Shown here: one piece after another, positions 27,931-37,910 of the stretch | Layout: every line of letters begins with the position of its first letter | Position numbering within the stretch: position 1 is the stretch's first letter | Assembly: GCA_045633625.1 (NCBI GenBank) | Contig: JAZQYP010000038.1 | Coordinates: forward strand, 16,384 to 80,383 | Direction of reading: 5' to 3' | DNA from: Eubacteriales bacterium | Lineage (GTDB): Bacteria > Bacillota > Clostridia > Oscillospirales > CAG-272 | DNA: 64,000 nt | Notes under the pieces: generated by a model | What the model was told of the DNA's origin: nothing | Seen by the model: only the letters and a program-made list of their open reading frames with translations | Databases searched by the model: none | Made by a program: the position numbers and the translations under genes

Positions 27931-29016
27931 ATGATAATGTCAGAAAAAAGCAAAAAGCACGTTGAGTCCTGCAGATTTTGCTGGATGTGTCACCATATCT
28001 GCCCGATAGGAAACGCAACGGGTCACGAGAGAAGCACACCGAGAGCGAGAGCTCTTGGTATCTCAATGGTCAACAGAGGCGCTATCGAGCTTAGTGAGAT
28101 AATGGATAATATTTACGAGTGCGCAGGCTGTGGTGCTTGCGTTCGCGATTGTACTACGGGCTGGGATCCCGTAATGTTCACAAGAGAAACAAGACTTCTT
28201 GCAGCTCTTGAGGATAAGCTTCCCGCTTACATAAATAAGCTTATCGATAACTGCTTTGAGTGCGGTAATCCTTACGGAAAGACCGCTCTTTGCGAAAAGC
28301 TCACAGAGGCTATTGCAGCTCACAGCGAGAAGACAGATACGCTTCTTTTCCTTGGAGCTGATGCAAGATACAAGGCCTGCCGTCAGGCTCTCAAGGCTAT
28401 AAAGGTGCTTGAGAAGGCAGGAGTTAAGTTTACAGTGCTTGCAGATGAGCTTGACTCTGGTGCAAAGCTTGATTTCCTTATCGGTGCGGCTGACGAGGCA
28501 AAAGAGGCAATGCAGAAGGCCGCGAAGCAGATGGGAGAGTTCGGGACAGTTGTTGTCTATGACCCCGCTGACGCGAAGATAATAAAGCGCAGATATAAGG
28601 AATACGGAATTGAGCTTGGTGCTAAGACCTATACGTACACTTCTTTCCTCTCTGAGCTTGTTAAGGCAGGTAAGCTTTCGGGTAATAGTGGCAAGACAGT
28701 TGTATATCAGGATCCCTTTGAGCTCTCGCGTGACCTTGAGGAGACAGAGGAGCCAAGAGAGGTTATTTCGGCATTCGCGACACTTCACGAGATGCTCCTG
28801 AACCGTGGCGAGACGGTTTGGGCAGGAAATATTCTTATGGCTGAATATATGCCCGACGTTATTAAGAAGGTTGCCGCTCGCAGACTTGAAAACGTAAAAT
28901 CTATCGGCGAGAGCATAATTGTTACCGCATCTGTTTCTGAGTACACAGCACTTAAGAGTGTAGAGCAGAGCGATGTGGAAGTTCTTTCTATTGAAGATCT
29001 TATTTTGGGAGAGTAA
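27931..29016 (+). CDS. (Fe-S)-binding protein, GlcF / heterodisulfide-reductase-like
   Basis: Two ferredoxin-type clusters, CRFCWMCHHICP and CAGCGACVRDC, followed by a Cys-poor C-terminal domain. It lies directly after the FAD oxidase. Confidence 0.8.
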   Translation: MIMSEKSKKHVESCRFCWMCHHICPIGNATGHERSTPRARALGISMVNRGAIELSEIMDNIYECAGCGACVRDCTTGWDPVMFTRETRLLAALEDKLPAYINKLIDNCFECGNPYGKTALCEKLTEAIAAHSEKTDTLLFLGADARYKACRQALKAIKVLEKAGVKFTVLADELDSGAKLDFLIGAADEAKEAMQKAAKQMGEFGTVVVYDPADAKIIKRRYKEYGIELGAKTYTYTSFLSELVKAGKLSGNSGKTVVYQDPFELSRDLEETEEPREVISAFATLHEMLLNRGETVWAGNILMAEYMPDVIKKVAARRLENVKSIGESIIVTASVSEYTALKSVEQSDVEVLSIEDLILGE

Positions 29017-29018
29017 AA

Positions 29019-29858
29019 ATGTTAGTAACACTTCAGAAGATAATTGGAATGGCGGAGGAAGGCGGATTTTGTATCCCCGCATTTAACGTATATAACATTG
29101 AGACGGTAATGGGCGTTATCGCGGCGGCTGAGGAAGAAAAGGCTCCCGTAATTATGCAGATATATCCGAGACTTATAAACGGAGACCTCGGTTGCTATCT
29201 TTCTCCCGCTGTTTTGGCGGCGGCGGAGAAGGCAAGTGTTCCCGTTTGCTATCACCTTGACCACGGCCCCACAGAGGCTGAGGTCACGAAGATGCTTCGC
29301 TACGGTGCGACGGGTATTATGATCGACGGCTCAGTCCATTCGTTTGAGGACAACGTAGCTCTCACAAAGCATATCGTTGATACCTGCGCGACAATCGGTG
29401 TCGGTGTTGAGGGTGAGCTCGGACACGTGGGTAGCGTTAATGACGACGCTATGGAAGAGTACACCGATCCCGCTGAGGCAGGGGAGTTCGTTAAGAGAAC
29501 GGGTGTGTGTTGTCTTGCGGTTCTTATCGGTAACGCGCACGGACATTACAAGAAAACACCTTGTCTTGATATTGAGAGAGTAAAGGCTATAAGAGAGGCA
29601 ACGGGCGGACTTCCTCTCGTGCTTCATGGCGGATCTGGCATTCCCGACGAGCAGGTAAAGGCAGCGATCGCGGCGGGTATTCGTAAGATGAACATCGGTA
29701 CTGACGTATGCTGTGCATTTGCAGACGGTGCGAAGTCGGAGCTTGATAACCCTAAGAGAAGTCTTGCCCCCGATCTCTTTATGAAGCCCGCTATCGAGTC
29801 TGTAAAGGGACTTGCAATCTCGAAGATAAGACTTTGCGAAGCAAACGGAAAGGCATAA
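29019..29858 (+). CDS. Class II (metal-dependent) ketose-bisphosphate aldolase family (IolJ/KbaY/GatY-like)
   Basis: Motifs PVIMQI, HLDHG, VEGELGHVG, GNAHG, LVLHGGSG. Confidence 0.9.
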   Translation: MLVTLQKIIGMAEEGGFCIPAFNVYNIETVMGVIAAAEEEKAPVIMQIYPRLINGDLGCYLSPAVLAAAEKASVPVCYHLDHGPTEAEVTKMLRYGATGIMIDGSVHSFEDNVALTKHIVDTCATIGVGVEGELGHVGSVNDDAMEEYTDPAEAGEFVKRTGVCCLAVLIGNAHGHYKKTPCLDIERVKAIREATGGLPLVLHGGSGIPDEQVKAAIAAGIRKMNIGTDVCCAFADGAKSELDNPKRSLAPDLFMKPAIESVKGLAISKIRLCEANGKA

Positions 29859-29859
29859 T

Positions 29860-30771
29860 ATGAAGAAGATAGTAGGAATTGGCGCGTGCGTTATGGACAC
29901 GCTCATAAGTGTACCCAGCTATCCGCGCGAGGACACAAAGCTTCGCGCTACAGACAGCCGCCTTGCAGGCGGAGGTCCTGTTGCGACGGGACTTGTAGCG
30001 GCAGCAAAGCTTGGTGAGAGTGCCGATTATATCGGTGTGCTGGCTGACGATAACGGCGGAAGATTTCTTAAGTCCGATTTTGAAAAATACGGTGTTGGAA
30101 CGAGCCTTACGGATATGCTTGAGGGCTTCCGTTCCTTCGCTTCCACGATATGGCTGGCGGCAGATACCGCGAGCCGTACCTGTGTTTTTGACAGAGGTAA
30201 TCTTCCGGTCCTCACACTTGACGAAAAAAAGCGCGAGGCAATAAAGAATGCCGAGCTTCTTATGGTCGACGGCAACGAGATGTCGGCGGCGGTTGAGGCG
30301 GCAAAGGTAGCCCGCGAGAATGGTACAAAGGTACTCTATGACTGTGGTGGACTTTACGCGGGAGTTGAAAAGCTGCTCGCACTTACAGACATTATGATTC
30401 CGTCAGAGGAATTCGCGTTGGGTCATACGGGGGAGAGCGACGCAGAAAGTGCGGCAAGAAAGCTTTATGAGACTTATCACCCCGACGTTGTAGTGGTTAC
30501 GCAGGGCAAGCGTGGCGGTATTTTGTTTGACGGCGAGAAAACTGTGTCTTATCCCATATATCCCGCGGTCGTAGTTGACTCGAACGGCTCGGGCGACGTA
30601 TTCCACGGCGCATTCGCGGCGGCTTACGTAAAGGGATTTGACCTTATCAAATGTTGTCATTTTTCAAGTGCCGTATCAGCAATAAAGTGTACAGGGATAG
30701 GTGCTCGAGAGAGCGTTCCCGATTTTGAAACCGTAAAAAATTACTTAAAGGAGAATGGATATGAGCTTTAA
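29860..30771 (+). CDS. PfkB-family sugar(-acid) kinase (IolC/ribokinase-like)
   Basis: GG motif AGGGPVATGL and PfkB signature DSNGSGDVFHGAF. Confidence 0.9.
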   Translation: MKKIVGIGACVMDTLISVPSYPREDTKLRATDSRLAGGGPVATGLVAAAKLGESADYIGVLADDNGGRFLKSDFEKYGVGTSLTDMLEGFRSFASTIWLAADTASRTCVFDRGNLPVLTLDEKKREAIKNAELLMVDGNEMSAAVEAAKVARENGTKVLYDCGGLYAGVEKLLALTDIMIPSEEFALGHTGESDAESAARKLYETYHPDVVVVTQGKRGGILFDGEKTVSYPIYPAVVVDSNGSGDVFHGAFAAAYVKGFDLIKCCHFSSAVSAIKCTGIGARESVPDFETVKNYLKENGYEL

Positions 30772-31549
30772 GAAATCCTATAAAACACAAAAGGGCTATA
30801 CACCCATTAGCAAGATAGGCGAGAGCACACTTAAGAAGCTTGAGTTTGGTATAATAGAGCTTGACGCAGGTGAGAAGCTTGACTTTTACACAGAAGACAA
30901 GGAGACCGCGTTTATAATGCTTTACGGTCACTGCAACGTAAGCTTTGATGACACAAGATGGGAGAACGTCGGTAACAGAAACAGCGTTTTTGAGAGCCGC
31001 CGAGCAGAGAGCTTTTATATGCCCATAAACAAAAATCTCACCATCGAGGCAATAGACTGCATAAAGATAGCCGTTTGCGCGACACCCATCACCGAGGTAA
31101 CAGAGCCTCAGCTTCTTCGCGAGGATCACGTTGTGCTTAAGGTGCTTGGCAGAGTACCCTTTGAGCGTGAGACAAGCTTTATTATTGACGGCAATTCTAA
31201 CGCAAAGGTGCTCACTATCGGTGAGTCATACTGTACCGAGGGCAACTGGGCAGGCTTCCCGCCTCACAAGCACGACGAGGACAATATGCCTACAGAGTGC
31301 ATCGCTGAGGAGATCTATTACTTTATGTTTGAGCCCAAGCAAGGCTTTGCAGTTCAGCTTTTCTATACTGCCGACGGCAAGGTTGACGAGGCTTACAGAA
31401 TGAAAGAGGACGAGCTCGTTGAGCTTCCTTTCGGCTATCACTCGACAGTCACGACCCCAGGCTACCAGACCTATTTCCTCTGGCTTATGGCGGGAGATTA
31501 TCAGGGCTTTAACCGTTCAAACGATCCCGAGCACGCTTGGATAAAATAA
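30761..31549 (+). CDS. iolB: 5-deoxy-glucuronate isomerase
   Basis: It can be aligned by eye to B. subtilis IolB (GNWAGFPPHKHDEDNMP..EEIYYF; NDPEHAWI). The start is chosen 7 nt after AAGGAG; an alternative ATG lies at 30755. Confidence 0.85.
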   Translation: MSFKKSYKTQKGYTPISKIGESTLKKLEFGIIELDAGEKLDFYTEDKETAFIMLYGHCNVSFDDTRWENVGNRNSVFESRRAESFYMPINKNLTIEAIDCIKIAVCATPITEVTEPQLLREDHVVLKVLGRVPFERETSFIIDGNSNAKVLTIGESYCTEGNWAGFPPHKHDEDNMPTECIAEEIYYFMFEPKQGFAVQLFYTADGKVDEAYRMKEDELVELPFGYHSTVTTPGYQTYFLWLMAGDYQGFNRSNDPEHAWIK

Positions 31550-31594
31550 CAGAAAGATCAATAAGAATTAACGCGAGCAAGGAAAGGATAAACG

Positions 31595-33565
31595 ATGCTT
31601 CATATTTATAAAATCACAGTGGCAAGTCCTGTTGACTATGCGGCTGAAGAACTAAAAAAATATCTTCGTATGATGATGCCCGAGGCGGGCGACATAACGG
31701 TTGAGTACAAGCCTGATGCGACCGAGGGCTTCAGACTTGGACTTATGCAGGACTTCGGTTTTGACGTGTCCGATGTTGACGATACCTATCTTGACGATAT
31801 TCTTTACGTTGACACCGACGAGCGTGGCGGTATAATCGCGGGTGACAACCCCCGTAGCGTGCTTCTTGCCGTTTACGAATATCTTCGTCGCAATGGATGT
31901 AATTGGCTCTTCCCGGGTGTTGACGGTGAGTTTATTCCTATGAAGGATATAACCCCCGTAAAATTCCGTCACGTTCCCACCTGCCGCTACCGTGGTTGGT
32001 GCAACGAGGGTGCCGAATATCAGTCGGATATGATAGATGCTATCGAGTTTACCCCTAAGCTCGGACTTAACATTTTTATGCTTGAGTTCCGTAATCCCAC
32101 CTGCTACTATAAATGCTATTACGATCATCCCCACAATGAAAAGAACCGTCCGCCCGAGCCCGTAAGTGATGACACCGTGCTTCAGTGGAAGCGTCAGTGC
32201 GAGTGCGAGATAGCAAAGAGAGGTCTTCAGTTCCATGACGTAGGCCACGGCTGGCAGTGTGACCCCTTCGGCATTGATTCGGCGCGTCAGGACTGGAATC
32301 TCGAGACTTCGGCGCTTCTCCCTGAGGACAAGAAGAAATATCTTGCTCTTTGTAATGGCAAGCGTGAGATCTTTGCGGGACACCCGAACTACACGAACTT
32401 CTGTATGGGTAACGACGAATACAGAAAGATAGTCGTTGATTATGCCGTTGACTATGCTGAAAAGCACCAAAACGTTGACTATATGCATATAGCTCTCGGT
32501 GATAGCTTCAATCACTACTGTGAGTGTGAGCTCTGCGAGCCCTATTCTGCGACCGACTGGTTCCACATTCTTCTTGATGAGATGGACGAGGCCTTTACCA
32601 AGAAGGGAATACCCACAAAGCTCGTATTCAATATGTATAAGGACACGCTTTGGGCGCCCGAGAAGATAACTCTTAAAAATCCCGACAGATTTCTTCTCCT
32701 TTACTGCCCGATAACCCGTAATTATACAGAGACTCTCCCCGAGGGAATAGAGCCCTTCGTACCCGCAAAGTACGTCAAAAACAAAAACGTACTTCCGAAG
32801 ACGCTCAACGAGTATTTCGGTTTCCTTGACGAATACAAGAAGCAGTGGTACGGCGCGTCTGTTGTATACGAATACCATTTCTGGCGTCATCAGTATAATG
32901 ACGTGGGCGGTATCGACATCTCAAAAATACTCAACGATGACGTAAAGCTTTACGATGACAGAGACCTTGGCGGTGTTATTCAGGACGGCTCACAGAGAAG
33001 CTTCTTCCCGACAGGACTTCCTTTCTACGTCTATGCAAGAACACTCTTTGACAGAAGCTATAGCTACGAGGAGCTTGAAGAAGAGTACCTTTCGCTCGCA
33101 TTCGGCAAGGACTGGAGAGCTTTCCGCGATTATCTTGCAAAGCTCGGTAAGGCATTTAATTACGAATTTATGGAAAGACTTCTCTCCATTGATCCCGAGG
33201 CGTCTCCTATGTTCAATCCTCCTCACGTCAAGTCTCTTGAGAAGGTATACGATATCGTTAAGGAGGGTGAGGAGCTGATAACGAGCCATTATAACTCAAT
33301 TTACCGCGTACAGACGGTGTCTGTCCGTATTCTTGAGAAGCACGCGAAGTACTGTAAGCTTCTTGCCGATGCTCTCATTCCTAAGGCACAGGGCAAGGAC
33401 GATGAGGCAGACGCTCTCTATGACGTGCTCAAATACGAAATGGGTAAGGAGGAGCTCTCGATCGAGCGCTGGTATGACCACACGCTCGCTATGAACTCAC
33501 TTGGAATTCTTTTCAAGACACGTACAAAGGTGACAGAGGCTGTTACAGACTTCTGGCAGGCATAA
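31595..33565 (+). CDS. Uncharacterised 656-aa protein, DUF4838-like (tentative)
   Basis: Long ORF with no signal peptide and a CxCxxC motif (HYCECELCEP). The family assignment is from memory only. Confidence 0.7.
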   Translation: MLHIYKITVASPVDYAAEELKKYLRMMMPEAGDITVEYKPDATEGFRLGLMQDFGFDVSDVDDTYLDDILYVDTDERGGIIAGDNPRSVLLAVYEYLRRNGCNWLFPGVDGEFIPMKDITPVKFRHVPTCRYRGWCNEGAEYQSDMIDAIEFTPKLGLNIFMLEFRNPTCYYKCYYDHPHNEKNRPPEPVSDDTVLQWKRQCECEIAKRGLQFHDVGHGWQCDPFGIDSARQDWNLETSALLPEDKKKYLALCNGKREIFAGHPNYTNFCMGNDEYRKIVVDYAVDYAEKHQNVDYMHIALGDSFNHYCECELCEPYSATDWFHILLDEMDEAFTKKGIPTKLVFNMYKDTLWAPEKITLKNPDRFLLLYCPITRNYTETLPEGIEPFVPAKYVKNKNVLPKTLNEYFGFLDEYKKQWYGASVVYEYHFWRHQYNDVGGIDISKILNDDVKLYDDRDLGGVIQDGSQRSFFPTGLPFYVYARTLFDRSYSYEELEEEYLSLAFGKDWRAFRDYLAKLGKAFNYEFMERLLSIDPEASPMFNPPHVKSLEKVYDIVKEGEELITSHYNSIYRVQTVSVRILEKHAKYCKLLADALIPKAQGKDDEADALYDVLKYEMGKEELSIERWYDHTLAMNSLGILFKTRTKVTEAVTDFWQA

Positions 33566-33607
33566 AAATACCCTAAATTTAATTTATTTCAAACGTCAGG
33601 AGATAAT

Positions 33608-35080
33608 ATGAAATATTTACTTGGCATTGATTTCGGCGGCGGATCGTCAAAGGCGACTCTGCTTTCTGAGGACGGACGTATCGTTTGTGAAAATACCGTA
33701 GAATATCCCACGCTTTACCCCGAGGTCGGCGCTTGTGAGCAGTCGCCAAAGGATTGGATAGACGCACTGTGCGAAAACATGAGTGCTTTGCTTTCACGAT
33801 CGGGAATAGAAAGCAAGGATATCGCGGCGATCGCTATAGATTCCGCAACTCACACTTATCTGCCGTGCGATGAAAATTATTTGCCTCTGTGCAATGCTAT
33901 CCATTGGACTGACAGCAGAAGCCGCACTCAAGCCGATGCGCTCAGAGAAAAATACGGCGATATGATATTCGAAAAGACCTACCATAAGCCCGATACTATC
34001 TGGACACTCCCACAGCTCGTATGGCTCAAGGAGAATCGTCCCGAGGTCTTTTCAAAAACAAAGCATATCTTCTTTGAAAAGGACTATATAAGATATTTCC
34101 TTACGGATATTTTCTGCACCGACTGTATTGAGGCGCAGGGAAGTATGCTTTTTGATTGCAATAATATGTGTTGGGACGAGGAGCTTTGCTCTCTTGCGGG
34201 AATCGATGCTCGTATCCTTCCGCCCATAAAGAAACCGACTGATATTATCGGAAAGGTTACGGCGAGAGCTGCAAAAGAAACAGGACTTTATGAGGGCACT
34301 CCCGTTATATGCGGAACGACCGATACGGTCATGGAGGTTTTTGCATCGGGTTCGGTAGAAGAGGGGGATATTACTGTCAAGCTTGCCACCGCGGGCAGAA
34401 TATGCGTTATAACTGATAAGGCATATCCCGACAGACACATGGTAAATTATTCCCATATAATAGATGGCTTGTGGTATCCCGGCACAGCGACAAAATCCGC
34501 TGCGGCATCGTACAGATGGTACAGAGATACCTTTGGCGGCGATTATCGTGAGCTTGATGCAGGGGCAGCCCAGATACCTGTAGGAAGTGAAGGACTTATC
34601 TTCCATCCTTATCTTAACGGAGAGCTTACACCGTATGGTGATTCCCGTCTTTGCGGAAGCTTTACGGGTGTGAGGGCAACTCATACGCGAGCACATTTCA
34701 CACGTGCTGTGCTTGAAGGAGTTTCGTTTTCTTTACTTGATAATAAGCTTTATCTTGATATGCTTAATATTCCCTATAAGCATACCGCAACGCTTATAGG
34801 CGGCGGTGCAAAGGGAAGGCTTTGGGCGCAGATCACCGCGGACGTTCTCGGTATCTCGCTAAGAACCACCGAGAGCTCGGATTCCTCTCTCGGATCTGCA
34901 ATGCTTGCCGGAATTGCACTTGGCATTTTCAAGGATGCGAAAAGTGCCGCCAAGCTTTGTGTAAAGTTCAAGGACGTTATCTATCCGAATCCGGATAACA
35001 CCGAAAAATATAGGGAAATTTTTGAAAAATATAAGAAGATTCAAAAGGCACTTGAGCCTATCTATCACGAAAAGCTATGA
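33608..35080 (+). CDS. FGGY-family carbohydrate kinase (xylulokinase/glycerol-kinase-like)
   Basis: N-terminal LLGIDFGGGSSKATL and C-terminal GGGAKGRLWAQI motifs. Confidence 0.92.
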   Translation: MKYLLGIDFGGGSSKATLLSEDGRIVCENTVEYPTLYPEVGACEQSPKDWIDALCENMSALLSRSGIESKDIAAIAIDSATHTYLPCDENYLPLCNAIHWTDSRSRTQADALREKYGDMIFEKTYHKPDTIWTLPQLVWLKENRPEVFSKTKHIFFEKDYIRYFLTDIFCTDCIEAQGSMLFDCNNMCWDEELCSLAGIDARILPPIKKPTDIIGKVTARAAKETGLYEGTPVICGTTDTVMEVFASGSVEEGDITVKLATAGRICVITDKAYPDRHMVNYSHIIDGLWYPGTATKSAAASYRWYRDTFGGDYRELDAGAAQIPVGSEGLIFHPYLNGELTPYGDSRLCGSFTGVRATHTRAHFTRAVLEGVSFSLLDNKLYLDMLNIPYKHTATLIGGGAKGRLWAQITADVLGISLRTTESSDSSLGSAMLAGIALGIFKDAKSAAKLCVKFKDVIYPNPDNTEKYREIFEKYKKIQKALEPIYHEKL

Positions 35081-36453
35081 AGATAGTAGTTTGTATAAGA
35101 CAGGGGCTTGACGGGGAGATAAATCCATTCGATGCCTGCGCCTATGAGGCGGCGCTTTCGGTAGATGGTGCTGAAATTACTCTTTTGTCTATGGCGCCGG
35201 AGCGTTCGGGAGAGTTTTTACTATCCCTCACAAGACTTGGCGCTGGTGGGGCAGTTTTGCTCTCTGACAAGGCATTTGCAGGCGCTGACACCTTGGCAAC
35301 GGCATACACACTCTCAAAAGCTATAGAAAAGCTGTCTCCCGATTATGTTTTTTGCGGCAGACAGACGCTTATCGGAGACACTGCACAGACTCCGCCTATG
35401 CTTGCCCAGATGCTTGGCTTTGGCATCATAACTAACGTTATGAAAATCGAGAGTATAAGCGACGACGCTATCGTTTGTGACACTCGCTTTGACGGAACCG
35501 TTACCTTGCCCTCTAAAACCCTCGTGACTGTCGAGAGAATAAACACTTTGCGACTGCCAAGGCTTCGCTCAAAGGTGAGTGAGCTTGCAGTTTGGAGTGC
35601 AGAGGATATAGGCGCAGACGTCGCAAGATGCGGCCTTTTGGGCTCGCCTACAAGAGTACTTGCAACCTACGAAAATCAGTCGGGCAAGCGCAAATGTAAA
35701 TTTATCACAAAGGACGAGCTTGACGAGGTAGTGAAAAAGGCGGCAGACGAGTGTTATACTCGCTCTACCGATACCGAAAAGGGTACGAAAGAGATGCTTG
35801 GGGGTGTCGTTGTCGTAGGAGAGGACGCACTTTTGCTTGCAAGAACTGTCAGCAACGATATTACAGTCTTAGGATTTGAGAGTGTTGACGCGCTTGTCAA
35901 AATGATAGAAGAAAAACGCCCGTCTGCAGTGCTTTTCGGTAGTGATGCGGTATCAAAACGAATCTCGGCTGCACTTGCCGCAAGACTTTCTCTTGGACTT
36001 TGTGCCGATCTTACGGCGCTCGAGTGCGAGAACGGCGAGCTTATTATGTACCGTCCGGCACTTTCAGGAAGCATTATAGCTAAGATAAAGAGCCTTACGT
36101 CGCCGGCTTTGGCAACTGTCAGAGGGGAGAGCCGCGCCGAAAACAAGATAGTTATAGGTGCCGGCTTCGGAGTTAAGGATAAGCTAAGTGATATCGAAGG
36201 GCTCGCCAAGAAATACGGCGCTGCCGTTATGTCCTCGCGTAAGCTTGTTGATAACGACTATATGCCGTACGAAAAGCAGGTAGGTCTTACGGGAACTTGT
36301 ATAAGCCCACCCGTATATATCGCTATAGGTATTTCCGGTGCCGTGCATCATATAGCCGGTATCGAGCGCTCGGGAACGGTTATTGCCATAAACCCCGATA
36401 AGAACGCACCTATATTTGAGTATGCCGATTACGGCATCGTTGATGAGTTTTAA
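35077..36453 (+). CDS. Fused electron-transfer flavoprotein (ETF beta-like N-terminal half plus ETF alpha-like C-terminal half)
   Basis: The N-terminus MKIVVCIRQ..INPFDACAYEAAL is ETF-beta-like. The C-terminus PPVYIAIGISGAVHHIAGI..IAINPDKNAPIF is the ETF-alpha FAD-binding signature. An ATGA overlap joins it to the FGGY kinase stop. Confidence 0.85.
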   Translation: MKIVVCIRQGLDGEINPFDACAYEAALSVDGAEITLLSMAPERSGEFLLSLTRLGAGGAVLLSDKAFAGADTLATAYTLSKAIEKLSPDYVFCGRQTLIGDTAQTPPMLAQMLGFGIITNVMKIESISDDAIVCDTRFDGTVTLPSKTLVTVERINTLRLPRLRSKVSELAVWSAEDIGADVARCGLLGSPTRVLATYENQSGKRKCKFITKDELDEVVKKAADECYTRSTDTEKGTKEMLGGVVVVGEDALLLARTVSNDITVLGFESVDALVKMIEEKRPSAVLFGSDAVSKRISAALAARLSLGLCADLTALECENGELIMYRPALSGSIIAKIKSLTSPALATVRGESRAENKIVIGAGFGVKDKLSDIEGLAKKYGAAVMSSRKLVDNDYMPYEKQVGLTGTCISPPVYIAIGISGAVHHIAGIERSGTVIAINPDKNAPIFEYADYGIVDEF

Positions 36454-36454
36454 T

Positions 36455-36496
36455 AAAAAAGCCGCTTGAATCATCATAGATTCAAGCGGCTTTTAG
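36455..36496. terminator. Bidirectional rho-independent terminator
   Basis: Stem gccgcttgaatc / gattcaagcggc, flanked by an A-run on the left and a T-run on the right, between convergent genes. Confidence 0.75.
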
Positions 36497-36497
36497 A

Positions 36498-37898
36498 TTA
36501 GTCCTCAATACCGTCGTAGATTATATCGTCAATGTATTTTGCGAATTCCTTGAGATATTCCTCGTAGTCGCCGTATATCTCGGTGACGTGGTGTATGTAT
36601 GGGCCTTCAATTAACTTTCTTTCGAGCCTCGGAAGATTTTCAAATTCTGCCCACATATATGTTCCGAAGGTCTCGGGGCCCTCGCAGGTGTGCAGCTTTC
36701 CGCCGAGGAGATAGTATTTTCCTCTCTCGCACTGGAAGCGAGCTATCGTGTATTCACCGTCTCGTACGCGGAAGGTAGGCTTCATTCCGACGAGTCTCGG
36801 CTTCTCGCCGTCTGCCTTGCAGGAGGCAGGGAAGGGACCACAGTGCCAAAGAAGCTCGGAATTGTTATTCTCGGGATGACGGCAGGTGAATTCACCCTGA
36901 ATGGGCTTACCCTTGCCTCGCGTTGCCGAGAGAAGAAGAATATTGGTTACTGACATAAACACGTCGCCCTCGCAGGTCACAAAAATGCCCTTCTCGGCGG
37001 CAAGGCTCATCGCAAGGCAGGGAGGTACACCTATGCCTGCTGCAAAGCCTGACCAGCAGTCAGTTCCAATGATATTTGTATTATAAGTTTTTGAAATCTT
37101 TTCAAAGAAGCGAACTGTTGCAAGGAGTTTTATGAGTATCTCGTCATCAGTGCCCTCACAGTCGAAGGTCTCTTTAAGTGTGGGAAGCTCTAAAATGAGC
37201 TCATCTCTATCTTCCTCGTAGATAGCCTTAAGCTCGTTCATAGCCTCCATAAGATTTACCGAGATGACGTCGATGCCGAATTTTTCGCACATCTCAAGCT
37301 CGTTGTACATAATTGATTTGAAGGGCTTAAGACGGGCACCAATGTTTACTATCTTTATGTTTTTGAAGTTGTTTACCATTGTGGCAACACCGAAAAACTG
37401 ACGTATTCCCTTATCGAAGGCGGGATCGGTGATGTCACAGTTTTCGATATACGAGAACTTCACGCCATTTCTCTTTAACTGCTTACTCATAGCAAACAGT
37501 CCGCACTGTGTGTCGGTGAAGCGCTGACCGTTCTCAAAATGACGGTCACGCGGGCCCCAAAGAAGAGTAGGTACTCCGCAAGCTCTTGCGACCTCTCCTG
37601 CCACTCTCTCCTCACCGAAGTTACAGTTTACAATAAAGAGGGCGTTTATCTTCTCGCTCTTGAAGTATTCGGAAACTCTTTCGCAGTCCTCGGAAAGGCG
37701 CAGAAGTCCTTCCTCGTTAAGCCATTCAATGTCAACGAATTCGGTCATCTCGTCGGCATAGTTATCGCGTAGGTATTTGAGCGTCATATCCTTGTTTTCT
37801 ATGGCATAATCGCTTTGGAACATTCCAATGCGCTTCGGGGGTTCTTTAATTAGTCTTCTTATAGTAAGTACACCTATTTTTAGTTTGTAGTTCAGCAT
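36498..37898 (-). CDS. L-fucose/L-arabinose isomerase-family protein (non-canonical member)
   Basis: 466 aa. The N-terminal half resembles the FucI/AraA-like Rossmann-type domains (ALFIVNCNFGEE, PTLLWGPRD). Confidence 0.75.
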   Translation of the reverse strand: MLNYKLKIGVLTIRRLIKEPPKRIGMFQSDYAIENKDMTLKYLRDNYADEMTEFVDIEWLNEEGLLRLSEDCERVSEYFKSEKINALFIVNCNFGEERVAGEVARACGVPTLLWGPRDRHFENGQRFTDTQCGLFAMSKQLKRNGVKFSYIENCDITDPAFDKGIRQFFGVATMVNNFKNIKIVNIGARLKPFKSIMYNELEMCEKFGIDVISVNLMEAMNELKAIYEEDRDELILELPTLKETFDCEGTDDEILIKLLATVRFFEKISKTYNTNIIGTDCWSGFAAGIGVPPCLAMSLAAEKGIFVTCEGDVFMSVTNILLLSATRGKGKPIQGEFTCRHPENNNSELLWHCGPFPASCKADGEKPRLVGMKPTFRVRDGEYTIARFQCERGKYYLLGGKLHTCEGPETFGTYMWAEFENLPRLERKLIEGPYIHHVTEIYGDYEEYLKEFAKYIDDIIYDGIED

Positions 37899-37910
37899 AA
37901 TGTGTTCTCC

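Noticed and set aside
28063-29082. 339-aa minus-strand ORF
   Set aside because: It is antisense to the Fe-S protein CDS, whose ferredoxin Cys motifs fix the + frame.
31652-32890. 412-aa minus-strand ORF
   Set aside because: It is antisense to the 656-aa + strand CDS inside a co-directional operon. It is rich in V/I/L/K/R as expected for a reverse-complement frame, and no start signals are present.
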